The notes beneath the pieces are model-generated. The model saw nothing but the letters and a program-made list of their open reading frames with translations. It was not told the origin of the DNA and did not search any database. A stretch of 64,000 nt of DNA from Centroscyllium fabricii (lineage: Eukaryota): the NCBI GenBank assembly GCA_051313645.2, contig JBNRSN020000025.1, positions 84,940,001-85,004,000 of the forward strand, written 5' to 3'. Below are positions 38,261 through 49,480 of this stretch, one piece after another. Position numbers and translations under genes: made by a program. The stretch's first letter is position 1. The number at the start of each line of letters is the position of its first letter.

Positions 38261-39027
38261 CAATGGCCCAAAAATGAGCCTAGGAGCCTTCCTGCGAGTG
38301 TATGCCTCTAAGGTACACTTGCCCTACGCTCCTGCCGTTCTACAATTCTAGGATGTGAAATCCCGAGTTGTACAGCTGCTGAAAGCTCCAGGCGCCCTGC
38401 TGGTGCAACTCAACGTCGTAGTTAGAGGGAGATCTCGCATGAGACCACGTGATCTGCAGGGAGCCAATTAATGGAAGCAATCCTCCATTCATAACTTACA
38501 CGGAGAAATCTGTGTAAGTTATGAAAAGGAAGAGCTTCAAAAACACGTCTAAACACAAAAATAAAAATAAAAAATACCACATTTTTAAACAATAATCTAA
38601 CTAACATAAATTACCTATTTTAAAGAAAAAAGAAAGATTTAGATTTAAAAAAAAAAGTTTTTAACAGGCCTAAAAAATACTTACCTGTCTTTAAAGTTTA
38701 AAAAAATTAAAAACCTGTAAAAAACACTTAAATTCTATAAAATAAAACACCTTATTGATAAGAACGGGTCATTGCGGCTGATATTTTTCAGCGTAAAATC
38801 TTCAATACTTACCCCGATAAAAAAACAAAAAAAATCAGAATTCCACTGTGCACCTCCTGGTGCGCAGGCGAACGCGATACAGCCGGCTGCAGCTCGCGAT
38901 CCCCCGCTGGCTGTCATCAGAATTAGAGGTAGCAGCGGGAAACGGCTGCTACCTGCAATTCGGAGCCCATGTGCGTGAGTACCCGGCTCCAAATCCTCCC
39001 GCGGTCACCCTAATTTTTGGGCCATTG
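38261..39027. mobile_element. MITE-like element
   Basis: Perfect 17-bp inverted repeat TACAATGGCCCAAAAAT (38259-38275) / ATTTTTGGGCCATTGTA (39013-39029), GC-rich subtermini, AT-rich core. Confidence 0.7.
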
Positions 39028-39513
39028 TATTTCAGTGCAGCACCTGTTAATGTGACAGGGTATCTCAGAGCGGGTGTCTCAGAGCACCACCTGTATATGT
39101 TTTGGGAACTGGGAATATTATTTGATTTTGAACACAGGAGTAAATCAAAGGTCTACTGATGTTTGAGAAATTACACACACACAAATGAGGATCGTGCTTC
39201 ATAAATTATATACAAGGAAATTTAAAAAACATTTCTGAATCAAATAATGCTTCTTGCTTCCCAAGGTGCAGTTCTCGTAGCTACGCAAACATTAGCTTCT
39301 CAACACCTGATGTGTAGTATTAAAAACTCTCAACATTTGGAACAATAAGTTAACAGAAAATATGGCAAGAAATAAAGCTATACAGGAAACTCTCGTTTAA
39401 ATGGCACCTAAATATCTGGTATTCTCTATTTACCGGCAAAATTCAGGAGTAGGTTCAAGTAAGTTTTATTTCATAATCGTGGCAGTTCCTGGATCTGTGG
39501 CCATGTAATCGGG

Positions 39514-39848
39514 ATGTGGAGGTGCCGGTGTTGGACTGGGGTGGACAAATGCAAGAAGTCACACAACACCAGGTTATAGTCCAACAGTTTTATTTTAAAT
39601 CACAAGCTTTCGGAGCGTCTGCCCCTTCGTCAGGCGAAAGATATGTTAAAATATGTTAATACGCCTTGGTGTGCTCTGTCTATCTCTGCTAAGGTGAGAT
39701 GTGGGAGATCAGATTTCTCTCTCCCTTCCATATGTGCATTCTTAAAGTGAGCTTCTCTTTCGCCTGACGAAGGGGCAGACGCTCCAAAAGCTTGTGATTT
39801 AAAATAAAACTGTTGGACTATAACCTGGTGTTGTGTGACTTCTTGCAT
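39514..39848. mobile_element. Penelope-like element remnant: inverted pseudo-LTR pair
   Basis: About 95-bp inverted repeat (39548-39640 vs 39756-39848), 12-bp duplication CATGTAATCGGG (39502-39513, 39846-39857), hammerhead motifs. Confidence 0.8.
39600..39637 (-). ncRNA. Minimal type I hammerhead ribozyme motif (Penelope-type), sense to HSPG2 pre-mRNA
   Basis: UCGC-CUGACGA-A-GGGGC(AGAC)GCUCC-GAAA-GC-UU-GUGA: core boxes, stem II, 4-bp stem I, palindromic AAGCUU stem III. Confidence 0.65.
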
Positions 39849-40458
39849 GTAATCGGGTTCCTGTACATGTTGCTAAGCAACAGGGAAGCCTACATTTCAC
39901 TGCAGTCTTTGGTTACACATGTTGCTAAGCAACAGGGAAGCCTGCATTTCGTTGCCATCTTTTGTTACACATGCTGCTAAGCAACAGGGAAGCCTCTCGT
40001 AACTTTTAACAATACCTCTCTGTAATCCGGACATTTTGATGAACCGTCACGACGCCGGATAAAAAAAGTTTCCTGTAATATATACTCTGGTTCAGAAACT
40101 ACTGCAGACAGATTTAGTTCTTTTATCGACGGGCTGGAACACGCGTTATTCTCGATGGGAAGAGAGGAAGACACAGTGGCATAAATCGGGGGAGCAGGAC
40201 ATTAATTTCAAACTCAGACAACTGATTTTTTTTTAAATTTCATAAAAAACAAAACATCACAGAAACAAAACACAATAAAAAGATGTCAAATTTTGGGGAG
40301 GAAGTGGACCCAGTAAAATACAAGAGCCCTCGATCTCCCGGGGACTGTCAAAGTGAGCAGCGAGGTTCGAATTGTTTCTGTACTGCAGTGATCGGTTCAA
40401 AGCATAGAGTGATCGCATTGGATTTTGATTTGGATTTGAGTTCTTTTCTGCAACTCAC

Positions 40459-40569
40459 CAGTAACAATGACCTCAACCCGACTTGAATTGGTACTTTGCA
40501 TGTTGCGACAGGTACATATGTAAATCCCACCATCAGATGATTTAATCTCCCGGATCAACAGCTCTTCGC
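40459..40569 (-). CDS. HSPG2: HSPG2 exon, second half of first domain-IV Ig repeat ((G)EELLIREIKSSDGGIYICTCRNMQSTNSSRVEVIVT), 111 nt, phase 1-1
   Basis: Acceptor ttcttctcttccag|GC, donor G|gtgagt. DxGxYxC Ig motif with the YICTCRN seen in perlecan. Confidence 0.94.
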
Positions 40570-41165
40570 CTGGAAGAGAAGAATGCAAAAGTAACTGTTA
40601 GTCACCTCATGTTACTTATAGCAGCGGATAGCCAAACCCTTTGTTCCTAAACTCAATCTAGCTCTAAGCCATTGACAGCCAATGGATGGGACGGGCAGAT
40701 GATCTATTCGGTGCCACGGCTATCCTCTACAACATCAAAGATCAATGGCTACACCGTCAGTCCACTGGAGATCAGCACCACAAGCTTGCAAGTGCTCAAA
40801 TCCAACCTGTCTCCCCACCGGTAACACTGTCACAACAAATCTCATCCTTCCTCGCTAAACCGAAAAGCCTGCATTCAACATGTGAATTCTGCACGTTTCT
40901 TTTCAAGTCTATCTTTTATCTGGACCTTCAAATAGTTAAATATGGACTTTAGTCATCACTTGTTTGGCCTCGATTGTTCGATCAAGTGCGACCACAAGAG
41001 TGATCCAAACAGGAGTGGTCACAAACCCCTTAAGGGCACAGTCTCTTTTGTGGCCACTAATGAAACAATTCTCCCAAAAACAAGAGTGTGGCACAGTTCA
41101 AACAGTGGAATCCAACAGCTAAACTAAATTATTACAAGGTTAAGGGCAAACCCAGAGCAGTCTCT

Positions 41166-41365
41166 NNNNNNNNNNNNNNNNNNNNNNNNNNNNNNNNNNN
41201 NNNNNNNNNNNNNNNNNNNNNNNNNNNNNNNNNNNNNNNNNNNNNNNNNNNNNNNNNNNNNNNNNNNNNNNNNNNNNNNNNNNNNNNNNNNNNNNNNNNN
41301 NNNNNNNNNNNNNNNNNNNNNNNNNNNNNNNNNNNNNNNNNNNNNNNNNNNNNNNNNNNNNNNNN
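41166..41365. other. Assembly gap (200 N)
   Basis: Run of N. Confidence 1.
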
Positions 41366-42518
41366 GAAGGATGTTCTTGCCATGGAGGTAGTTCAGCAAA
41401 GATTCACCAGGCTGATACCTGGGATGGCAGGAATGACGTATGAGGAGAGATTGGGTCGATTGGGCTTATACTCACTGAAGTTTAGAAGAATGAGAGGGGA
41501 TCTCATTGAAACTTATAAAATTCTAACAGGACTAGACAGACTAGATGCAGGAAGGATGTTCCTGATGGTCGGGGAGTCCAAAACATATTGTCCAGGTGAC
41601 CCAAGATGGCGGCGCGTGTACACGCAGCGGCTTTGCGTCTCCCGGGATGATGCTGTCCGCTGGTAGTTCCGGGTTTGTTCGCTCGGCGGGGTCGGCGTGT
41701 TAGTGCACTGAGGCCAGTGCAACGGACTTGTTGGAGCAACGGGATGTCTGCGTTGGGGATGCACCGAGGCGTGGTCTCTGAGGAGCGCCAGTGTTTGTGT
41801 GGTCTCCGAGGTCGGAGCGCCGGAGGTCGGCAAGTTCGGAGCACCGGGGCCTGCAGAGTCGGAGTGCCGGTGCCTGCGTGGTTACCGAGGTGGTCGTAGC
41901 GTCGGAGGTCAGCGAGTTCGGAGCGCCGGAGGTCGGCGAGTTCAGAGCACTGGGGCCTGCAGATTCGGAGTGCCGGTGCCTGCGTGGTCACCGAGGTGGT
42001 CGTAGCGTCGGGGGTCGGCGAGTTCGGAGCGCCAGAGCCTGCGTGGTCGGAGCACCAGGGCCAACATGGAGTTGAACAGTCTGGGACTTGAAGCAATGGA
42101 CATTTTAACATCTGCATCGTTTTTTGGGTAGTTTGCAAGTATGCATTTCGTTGTATTGTGTTTCACTATGCAATGACAATAAAATTGAATCTGATCTGAT
42201 CTGATCTGAGAACCAGGGGTCACAGTCTAAGGATAAGGGGTAAGCCATTTAGGACAGAGATGAGGAGGAACTTCTTCACCCTGAGAGTGGTGAACCTGTG
42301 GAATTCTTTACCACAGACGGCAGTAGAGGCCAATTCATTAAATATATTCAAGATGGAATTGGATACATTTCATAAGACTAAAGGGATCAAGGGATATGGG
42401 GAGAAAGCAGGGACAGGGAACTGAATTTGGATGATCAGCCATGATCTCATTGAATGGCGGAGCAGGCTCGAGGGGCCGAATTGCCTACTCCTGCTCCAAT
42501 CTTCTATGTTTCTATGTT
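41366..42518 (+). mobile_element. CR1 LINE 3' portion, interrupted at about 41580-42208
   Basis: KDVLAMEVVQQRFTRLIPGM motif; the CR1 resumes at agaaccaggggtcacagtc and ends in a (TTCTATG)n tail. Confidence 0.9.
41580..42208 (+). mobile_element. Non-autonomous bipartite retroposon (CAAGATGGCGG 5' end, internal GC-rich tandem repeats, caatgacaataaa(ATCTG)n tail)
   Basis: Clean insertion into the CR1 at ggggagtcc|agaacc; internal repeats GAGGTCGGCGAGTTCGGAGCGCC. Confidence 0.72.
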
Positions 42519-43799
42519 TAAAGGAGAGAAAGGAGGTGGTGGAGAGGCAGCGGAGTATCGGGAGGAGGTGGTGGAGAGGCAGCGGAGTATCGGGAGGGAA
42601 TCAGAGCTACATGGCCTAAGCCATGGCCATCAATGAGGAGCCAGAATGAGGGGGAAATGCACAAGTTTATAATAATTTGTATTCTATTTTCAAAATAATA
42701 GGGGGTTTTCCAATTTCCAGGAGCAGGAAAGATGAAAAAGCGGTGGGGGCGCATTACACCAGCTGCCTGCCCCTTTGTACAGCCTGGCACACTCTGGGAC
42801 CTTCCCACAATCTGCAGCAGGAGCAGGGCCAGTCCTCCCGCCTCAGTGCCAGGCCCCCAGCGATTACTGGGTGCAACGATCTGTCCTCGGATCCCCAATA
42901 TCGCATCTTTCACATCCTCAGGACGGTGCAAAGCTCTTCACAGCCAATGAGGTACTTTTTAAGTATAGTCACTATTGTAATGTAGGAAACACGGCAGCCA
43001 ATTTGCAAGCTCCCACAAACAGTAGTGAAATAAATGACTGGTTAAGTTTTGATGGTGTTGGTTGACTGGAAGATCTGTAAAGGTTCAGGGACAGGTCGAA
43101 GACTCATGAAGCAAGTCTTAAATTATTTTATTCAACATCAGTGGGAAAATATGAAGCACGGCCACTGCCCTGAGAATCCTGCAGCTTCACACAGATGTCC
43201 CCCACCAATTTTCAGTGGTATGTGGGGAAACCATGGACATGGGGCCACGGTGGAGGAGGGGAAGGGGAAACCATGGACAGGTGCCTCCTGCCAGGTTCAG
43301 TGAATCATTGAGGAAAATCTACCCTAATCTTCCTGTACGTGTGTGATAGACCGCTAGTCTTGAGATGATCCTGTTTAAGGGAGGGTCTCCTACCCAGCCT
43401 CTTGGTTGGGATCCTTATAATATCCACCCTTAACTTGGCCTCCTTCATTCTATGAAAGTTCTTCGAGCTCCTCATCCAACTGGCGGGGGAGGGGGGCGGC
43501 AAGAAGAGGGAATCGATGGCAACTAGTGTCTTATGTGTTTGCTCAATACATTTGACTACATTGCTTGTTTCCTGGTCGATCTCAATGCCTTAGAATTATA
43601 GAATGTTATAGCACAGGAGGAGGCCACCTGGCCAATTGTACCTGTGCCAGATCTCTGAGTAAGCGAGCTACTTATCTTGGGTCAGTGCAGGGCATCTTCA
43701 GGAGCATGCACCAGGCGTAACAGATTATTTACACAAAGGCATGTTCTTCAGCTTTTGAATGGAGATCAACACCCACATACACATTAAATGCCTTCTCCA

Positions 43800-44125
43800 C
43801 CCTCCTCATCTCTAACCTCCAGCCCCAAAACCCTTGGTGAACTCTGCGTTTCCCACACTCGGGCCACTTGTGCATCCCTGCTCCCCCCCTCTTACCGCCA
43901 TTGCCGACAGTGCCTTCAACTGTCTAAGACCCGCGCTCTGAAATTCCCTCCTTAAATCACTGCCTCTCTCTCTCTCCTCAATAAAACCTACTTCTTTGAC
44001 TGAGATTTTAGTCATCCTCCCTAATATCTCCTCCATTGGCTCACTGCCCTTTTGATCCGATTAGGCATCTGTGAAACACCGTGGGACATTTTCCGACATT
44101 AAAGATGCTGTATAAAGACAAGTGG
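43800..44125 (+). mobile_element. L2-type 3' fragment
   Basis: Diverged match to the L2 3' regions at about 840-1095 and 57290-57650. Confidence 0.55.
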
Positions 44126-45039
44126 GTGACGATGATGAATAATCTCTCATCAATTTGAGGAGAGACATCTCAGACATTGCCTTTTGAAGAGCTTTATGCT
44201 ACGTGGAGCTGGTTCAAGAAGGCAGTCTTTACTACTCTGGGATTATATCCGGCTTTGGTTAGAGGGTCAGGTACAAGCAGAGTTGGAGCAATTGGAGAAT
44301 GTATGAGTAGAAAGCTTCTAGTTGTCGGAAGAGAAATGCAGGGTGAGGGGGAGGGAGGGGGAAGGATACAGCTTTGTATACGCGGGTGGAATATACTCAA
44401 AGGATTAAGACAGCAAAAGGGGAGAGTGACCGGGTGATATAAATGTTAAAGCCAGCTTGCTGCATCAGATTGTTTGAGGTCCTCAACTGTGGTCAAACCG
44501 TGCGCGTCACTGTGCTGCTGCCCTGGAGATGGTGTTGAGATATGCCTTCTGCACCTTGTGTGTGTGAGAGAGAATGAGAGACAGAGACTCAGATGTGAAA
44601 CGTGGTTAGAAAAAAATATTAAAATGGGGTGGGTGAGCATAAGGTGTACAGGATCGAGGACCCAGATCAGCTGCGCACTTGGAGTAATTTAAAGAGCTTG
44701 CGGTTTTCCTAAGATTAGGTTTCTTCAGCAGCAGCCAATGACACACAGAAATTGGAGAAGGGGATTTATCAGAGGGCAGGGTGTGAGTGGTGAATTTTAG
44801 TGTTCAGGATTAAGAATTCCAACTGGTTTAGGAATCAGATCCATGTTCTGAGACTGCTTTTGCTAACTGCAAATCCAGGTCCTTGGAGTGGTTTGGTTTG
44901 GTTTTCCAAATTAATTGTGGACGTGGAGAATTATCCTACAGATCCTTTGCATATTGATTGTGCTCAACAACTACATGTAGATAGTGTGAAAATATAAAGC
45001 TCAGAGCCCTTGGTCTCCCAGGGCTTATTGCCAACGTAC

Positions 45040-45098
45040 CGACTGGATGACACTTCTGGCCTGGGATTCTTGGATTCCCAGAATACCCGGAAGCACAG
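45040..45098 (-). CDS. HSPG2: HSPG2 exon, last LE of domain III ((R)CASGYSGNPRIPGQKCHPV), 59 nt, phase 2-1
   Basis: Acceptor tttccttttcag|C, donor G|gtacgt. C..GY.GNP...G..C pattern. Confidence 0.92.
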
Positions 45099-45410
45099 CT
45101 GAAAAGGAAACCAATAAGTTACCACCAGAGGGAATATAACGAGCAGTCTGTCAGTATCACTCATTCCATATCATGCGCTACACCAAACTAATCAAGGCTA
45201 ATGGAGAGTTACACTGCCCCTGTACCAGTGCACTTCTCAGCTCAATTACAAGGGTGAAAACTATAATCATCTTCGTCCCAACATGACCTCTTGAAGCATA
45301 CATGGCAAGCTCCACTCTGTGCTATTGTTACACAAGCATGAACCCATTAAAGCCATTTCTACCCAACAGCCCCGTATCACCAGGAAATTTAAGAAGTCTT
45401 TACTAAATCA

Positions 45411-45703
45411 GAGAAGTCACACAACACCAGGTTATAGTCCAACAGTTTGATTTTAAATCACAAGCGTTCGGAGCGTCTGCCCCTTCGTCAGGTGAAAGAG
45501 AAGCTGACTTAAAGAACACACATATGGGAGGGAGAGAGCAATCTGATATGTGCGTTCTTTAAGTCAGCTTCTCTTTCACCTGACGAAGGGGCAGACGCTC
45601 CGAAAGCTTGTGATTTAAAATAAAACTGTTGGACTATAACCTGGTGTTGTGTGACTTCTTGCATTTGTCCACCCCAGTCCAACACCGGCACCTCCACATC
45701 ATG
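45411..45703. mobile_element. Penelope-like element remnant: inverted pseudo-LTR pair (same family as 39514)
   Basis: Internal inverted repeat; 12-bp TSD TTTACTAAATCA at 45399-45410 and 45704-45715. Confidence 0.82.
45576..45613 (+). ncRNA. Minimal type I hammerhead ribozyme motif (Penelope-type), antisense to HSPG2
   Basis: UCAC-CUGACGA-A-GGGGC(AGAC)GCUCC-GAAA-GC-UU-GUGA. Confidence 0.65.
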
Positions 45704-46410
45704 TTTACTAAATCAAGCATGCTCATGGAAGGACGATTTTCCAGCTCTTCTCCCCTGCCCCCCAAGCACAGGACGGGATCAGCAAACCCAAAGCGAGCAG
45801 TGTTTGCCCAGGCCAGGGGGCACCGAGAATTCCTGTCTGGAACTCCTGTTTGGAGAAACCCTCAGTGAAGGCTTTACCTGGGCCAGGCCTAGGACTGGAA
45901 AAGGGGGCAGCGAACAGAGAGCAGGTGCAGGCCTGAATACCCATTGGGAAACTCTAATCTTACCCTGGAGCTCCTCTTCAACTTGTTGCCGGAGCTCTCG
46001 GAGGACTGCTCCGGCATAGGCCTCCTACTCTGGTTTTTTGGGATGTCCCTGCATTTGCACACGCCATGGGCACAGGGTCAGAAACTGAGGCAGGAGGACT
46101 GGTTGCATCACCCACCTCACCAGCATGGCATTGTTGGGCCTGTGCCCATTGACTGCTCTGCCCCCACCCCCACCCTTTGGGGGGTGGGGGTGCCTGTATC
46201 CTGGGCAGAGACCTTGGGGAAAATATGTGGTCTCTGCCCACTTTTTCCTGACCTTTGCACCTGGGGAGTTGGCATGCCCTGGAGCCAAGGGTCAAGAAAA
46301 TCAGCCCTTGTAACGCAAGAGATGGGGCAGAGGATTGTACAGAATCTTGTGCTAAGATCCTCCTATTGATCATTTAAGCCGCGAAGAACTTGATGATCAG
46401 ATCCACTTAC

Positions 46411-46497
46411 CGTTCACAGTACTGGCCTGTGTACCCAGGGAGACAAGCAGTACACCTGTATCCACCGACTCCATTACTTTCACAGGTGGAAGAAAAC
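46411..46497 (-). CDS. HSPG2: HSPG2 exon, laminin-EGF ((Q)FSSTCESNGVGGYRCTACLPGYTGQYCE), 87 nt, phase 2-2
   Basis: Acceptor cattttctgctag|G, donor CG|gtaagt. GGYRCTAC.PGYTGQYCE motif. Confidence 0.95.
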
Positions 46498-46898
46498 CTA
46501 GCAGAAAATGACAGAAAGTGACACACCCTTTAGAAAGTTTTCCAGTTACAAAGGTCTCAGCCCACACGATCAGACGCCAAAACATCTTACAACTGTGATG
46601 ACCCACAAGGGTATTGCTGCACACTTTGACAATGTTACTGTCGGGAATAATGGCTATCAGCAGCTAAGGGACATTGGCTGCTCTGCCACTCCCAATGACC
46701 CTCTGACAGCCAATGCCTCTCCTACAGTTTTCACTGCAGCGAGGCGCGTGGCTTCACTCAGTGTCTCACGATAGTGTCAGAGTGCTGGAAGTCCGAAAAT
46801 AGAAACAGGAAATGCTGGAAACACTCAGTAGGTCAGGTAGCAGTCAACGTTTCGAACCGCTGGCTCTTTCTCAAGCCCAGCAATTCTCACAACGGTGA

Positions 46899-47932
46899 CA
46901 TAGAAACATAGAAGATAGGAGCTGGAGCAGGCCATTCGGTCTTTCGAGCCTGCTCTGCCATTTAATGAGATCATGGCTGATCATCCAAATTCAGTACCCT
47001 GTCCCTACCTTCTCCCCATATCCTTTGATCCCTTCAGCCGTAAGAAATATATCGAACCCCTTCTTGAATATATTTAATGAATTGGCCTCTACGGCCTTCT
47101 GTGGTAGAGAATTCCACAGGTTCACCACTCTCTGGGTGAAGATATTCCTACTCATCTCTGTCCTAAATGGATTACTCCTTATTCTTAGACTGTGACCCCT
47201 GGTTCTGGACACCCCCACCATCAGGAACATCCTTCCTGCATCTAGTCTGTCTAGCCCTGTTAGAATTTTATGTTTCAATGAGATCCCCTCTAATTCTTCT
47301 AAACTCCAGTGAGTATAAGCCCAATCGACCCAATCTCTCCTCATGCGTCATTCCTGCCATCCCAGGTATCAGCCTGGTGAATCTTCGTCACACTCCCTCC
47401 ATGGCAAGAACATCCTTCCTCAGATAAGACGACCAAAACTGCACACAATACTCAAGGTGTGGTCTCACCAAGGCCCTGTACAACTGCAAGACATCCATGT
47501 TCCTGTACTCAAACCCTCTCGCTACGAAGGCCAACATGCCTTCTTAACCGCCTGCTGAACCTGCATGCTTACCTTCAGCGACTGGTGCACAAGGACGCCC
47601 AGGTCTCGTTGCACTTCCCCTTCTCCCAATCTATTGCCATTCAGAGAATAATCTGCCTTCCTGTTTTTGACACCAAAGTGGATAACCTCGCATTTATCCA
47701 CATTATACTGCATCTGCCATGCTTCTGCCCAATCACCCAACCTGTCCAAATCACACTGGAGTTTCTCAGCATCCTCCTCACAGCACACACGCCCACCCAG
47801 CTTTGTGTCATCTGCAAACTTGGAGATATTACATCTAGTTCCCTCGTCTAGATCATTAATATATGTTGTGAATAGCTGGGGTCCAAGGACCGATCCCTGT
47901 GGTACCCCACTAGTCACTGCCTGCCACTCAGA
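46899..47932 (-). mobile_element. CR1 LINE 3' about 1 kb (RT end plus 3' UTR)
   Basis: SGVPQGSVLGPQLF...KFADDTKL motif; tail catagaaacatagaagatagg on the plus strand. Confidence 0.92.
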
Positions 47933-48712
47933 AAGACACATGGCAGATGAAATTCAACAGAGAAGAAGTGTGAAGTGATACATTTTGGTATGAAGAACGA
48001 GGTGAAGCAATATAAATTAATGGAACAATTTTAAAGGGGGGGCAGGAACAGAGACACCTGGGGGGTGTGTATATACACAAATCTTTGAAGGTGGCAGGGC
48101 AATTTGAGAAGGCTGTTAAAAAACATATGGAATCCTTGACTTTATTAATAGAGGAAGGGAAGGACAAAAGAAAGTAAGTTCTGCTAAACCTTTATAAACT
48201 GGTTAGGCCTCAACTGGGGTATTGTGTTCAATTCTGGGCACCACACTTGAAGGATGTCAAGGCCTTGGAGAGGGTGGAGAAGAGATTCACCAGAATGGTA
48301 CCAGGGATAAGGGACTTGTTATGTGGAGAGACTGGAGAAGCTGGGATTGTTCTCCTTGGAGGAGAGATGGGTAAGAGGAGATTTGATAGACGTGTTCAAA
48401 ATCATGAACTGTTTTGATTCAATAAATAAGGAGAGATTGTTTCCAGTGGCAGAAGGGTCGGTAATCAGGGGACACAGATTGAAGGCGAAAGAACTAGAGG
48501 TTACATGAGGAAAAACGATGTTGAAAGGGTGGTGGTAGCAAACTCAATAGTTACTTTCAAAAGGGAATTGGATAAATACTTGGAAGCGAATAAATGTGCA
48601 GAGCTATGGGGAAAGAGCACGGGGGTGGAACCAATTGGAGAGCTCGCTCAAAGAGCCAGCATAAGCACAATGGGCCAAATGGCCTTCTGTGTTGTATCAT
48701 TCTATGATTCCA
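47933..48712 (+). mobile_element. Older CR1 LINE 3' fragment
   Basis: WQMKFN...CEVIHFG and ERLEKLGLFSLE motifs with frameshifts. Confidence 0.82.
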
Positions 48713-48840
48713 AAAGCATTTCATTCATCTCAGTAGAATATAAAAAATAATCTGTTAACACAGCCCTGGATAATGAAGGGGGGGAAGAACTAACAAGGGG
48801 AGACCGAGAGGAAGAGAACTCGGATACCAGACCAGAAGAG

Positions 48841-49380
48841 GTGGTACAAAAAGGAGGAGGGGGAAGGTTGAGAGCAATAGTTATGGGCGACTCAATGGTG
48901 AGAAGGATGGAGAGGAGGTTTTGCGGAAGCAAAAGAGACTCAAGGATGGTTTGTTGCTTCCCAGGTGCCAAGGTCCAAGACATCTCGGACCGTGTTTACA
49001 GAACTCTAAAAGGGGAGAGCAAACAAGTGCAAGTCGTGGTACACATAGGTACGAACGACATAGGGAGGAAAAAAGAGGAAGACATTAAGCGGGAATTTAC
49101 GGAACTCGGAAGGAAACTGAAAGACAAAACGAACAAGGCCACGATTTCTGGGATCCTACCAGTGCCACGGGATAGGGTGTGGAGAAACGAAAAAAGAAGG
49201 CGAATAAACGTGTGGCTAAAAGACTGGTGCGGAAGGGAGGGCATGGGGTTCGTGGACAATTGGGGATCGTTCGGGGGAAGGTGGGATCTGTATGATGAGG
49301 ACGGCTTGCACCTGAACCGAAAGGGCATCAGCATTCTGGGTGGTAAACTCGATTCAGCCATAAAGGGGGATTTAAACTAA
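48841..49380 (+). CDS. CR1 ORF1p C-terminal SGNH/GDSL esterase domain (partial)
   Basis: All four SGNH blocks present (GDS, G, GTND, DGLH); open to the stop codon. Confidence 0.85.
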   Translation: MVQKGGGGRLRAIVMGDSMVRRMERRFCGSKRDSRMVCCFPGAKVQDISDRVYRTLKGESKQVQVVVHIGTNDIGRKKEEDIKREFTELGRKLKDKTNKATISGILPVPRDRVWRNEKRRRINVWLKDWCGREGMGFVDNWGSFGGRWDLYDEDGLHLNRKGISILGGKLDSAIKGDLN

Positions 49381-49480
49381 TTGGCCAGGGGGATGGGGAA
49401 ACGGGCAGGGAAACACAGGGGAGACCGGGGAGCAACGAGGAAAAGGGGGGAGAACCAAGGACACAGGGAAGGGAAAGGGG

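Larger units (their letters stand above)
39383..40075. mobile_element. Tigger-like MITE hosting a Penelope-derived insertion and a 52-bp triple repeat
   Basis: TA-CAGGAAACT ... AGTTTCCTG-TA termini. Confidence 0.65.

Noticed and set aside
46899-48712. Head-to-head CR1 pieces as a single twin-primed inversion
   Set aside because: Both pieces cover the same ORF2 region, each has its own tail, and they differ in sequence; they are separate insertions.
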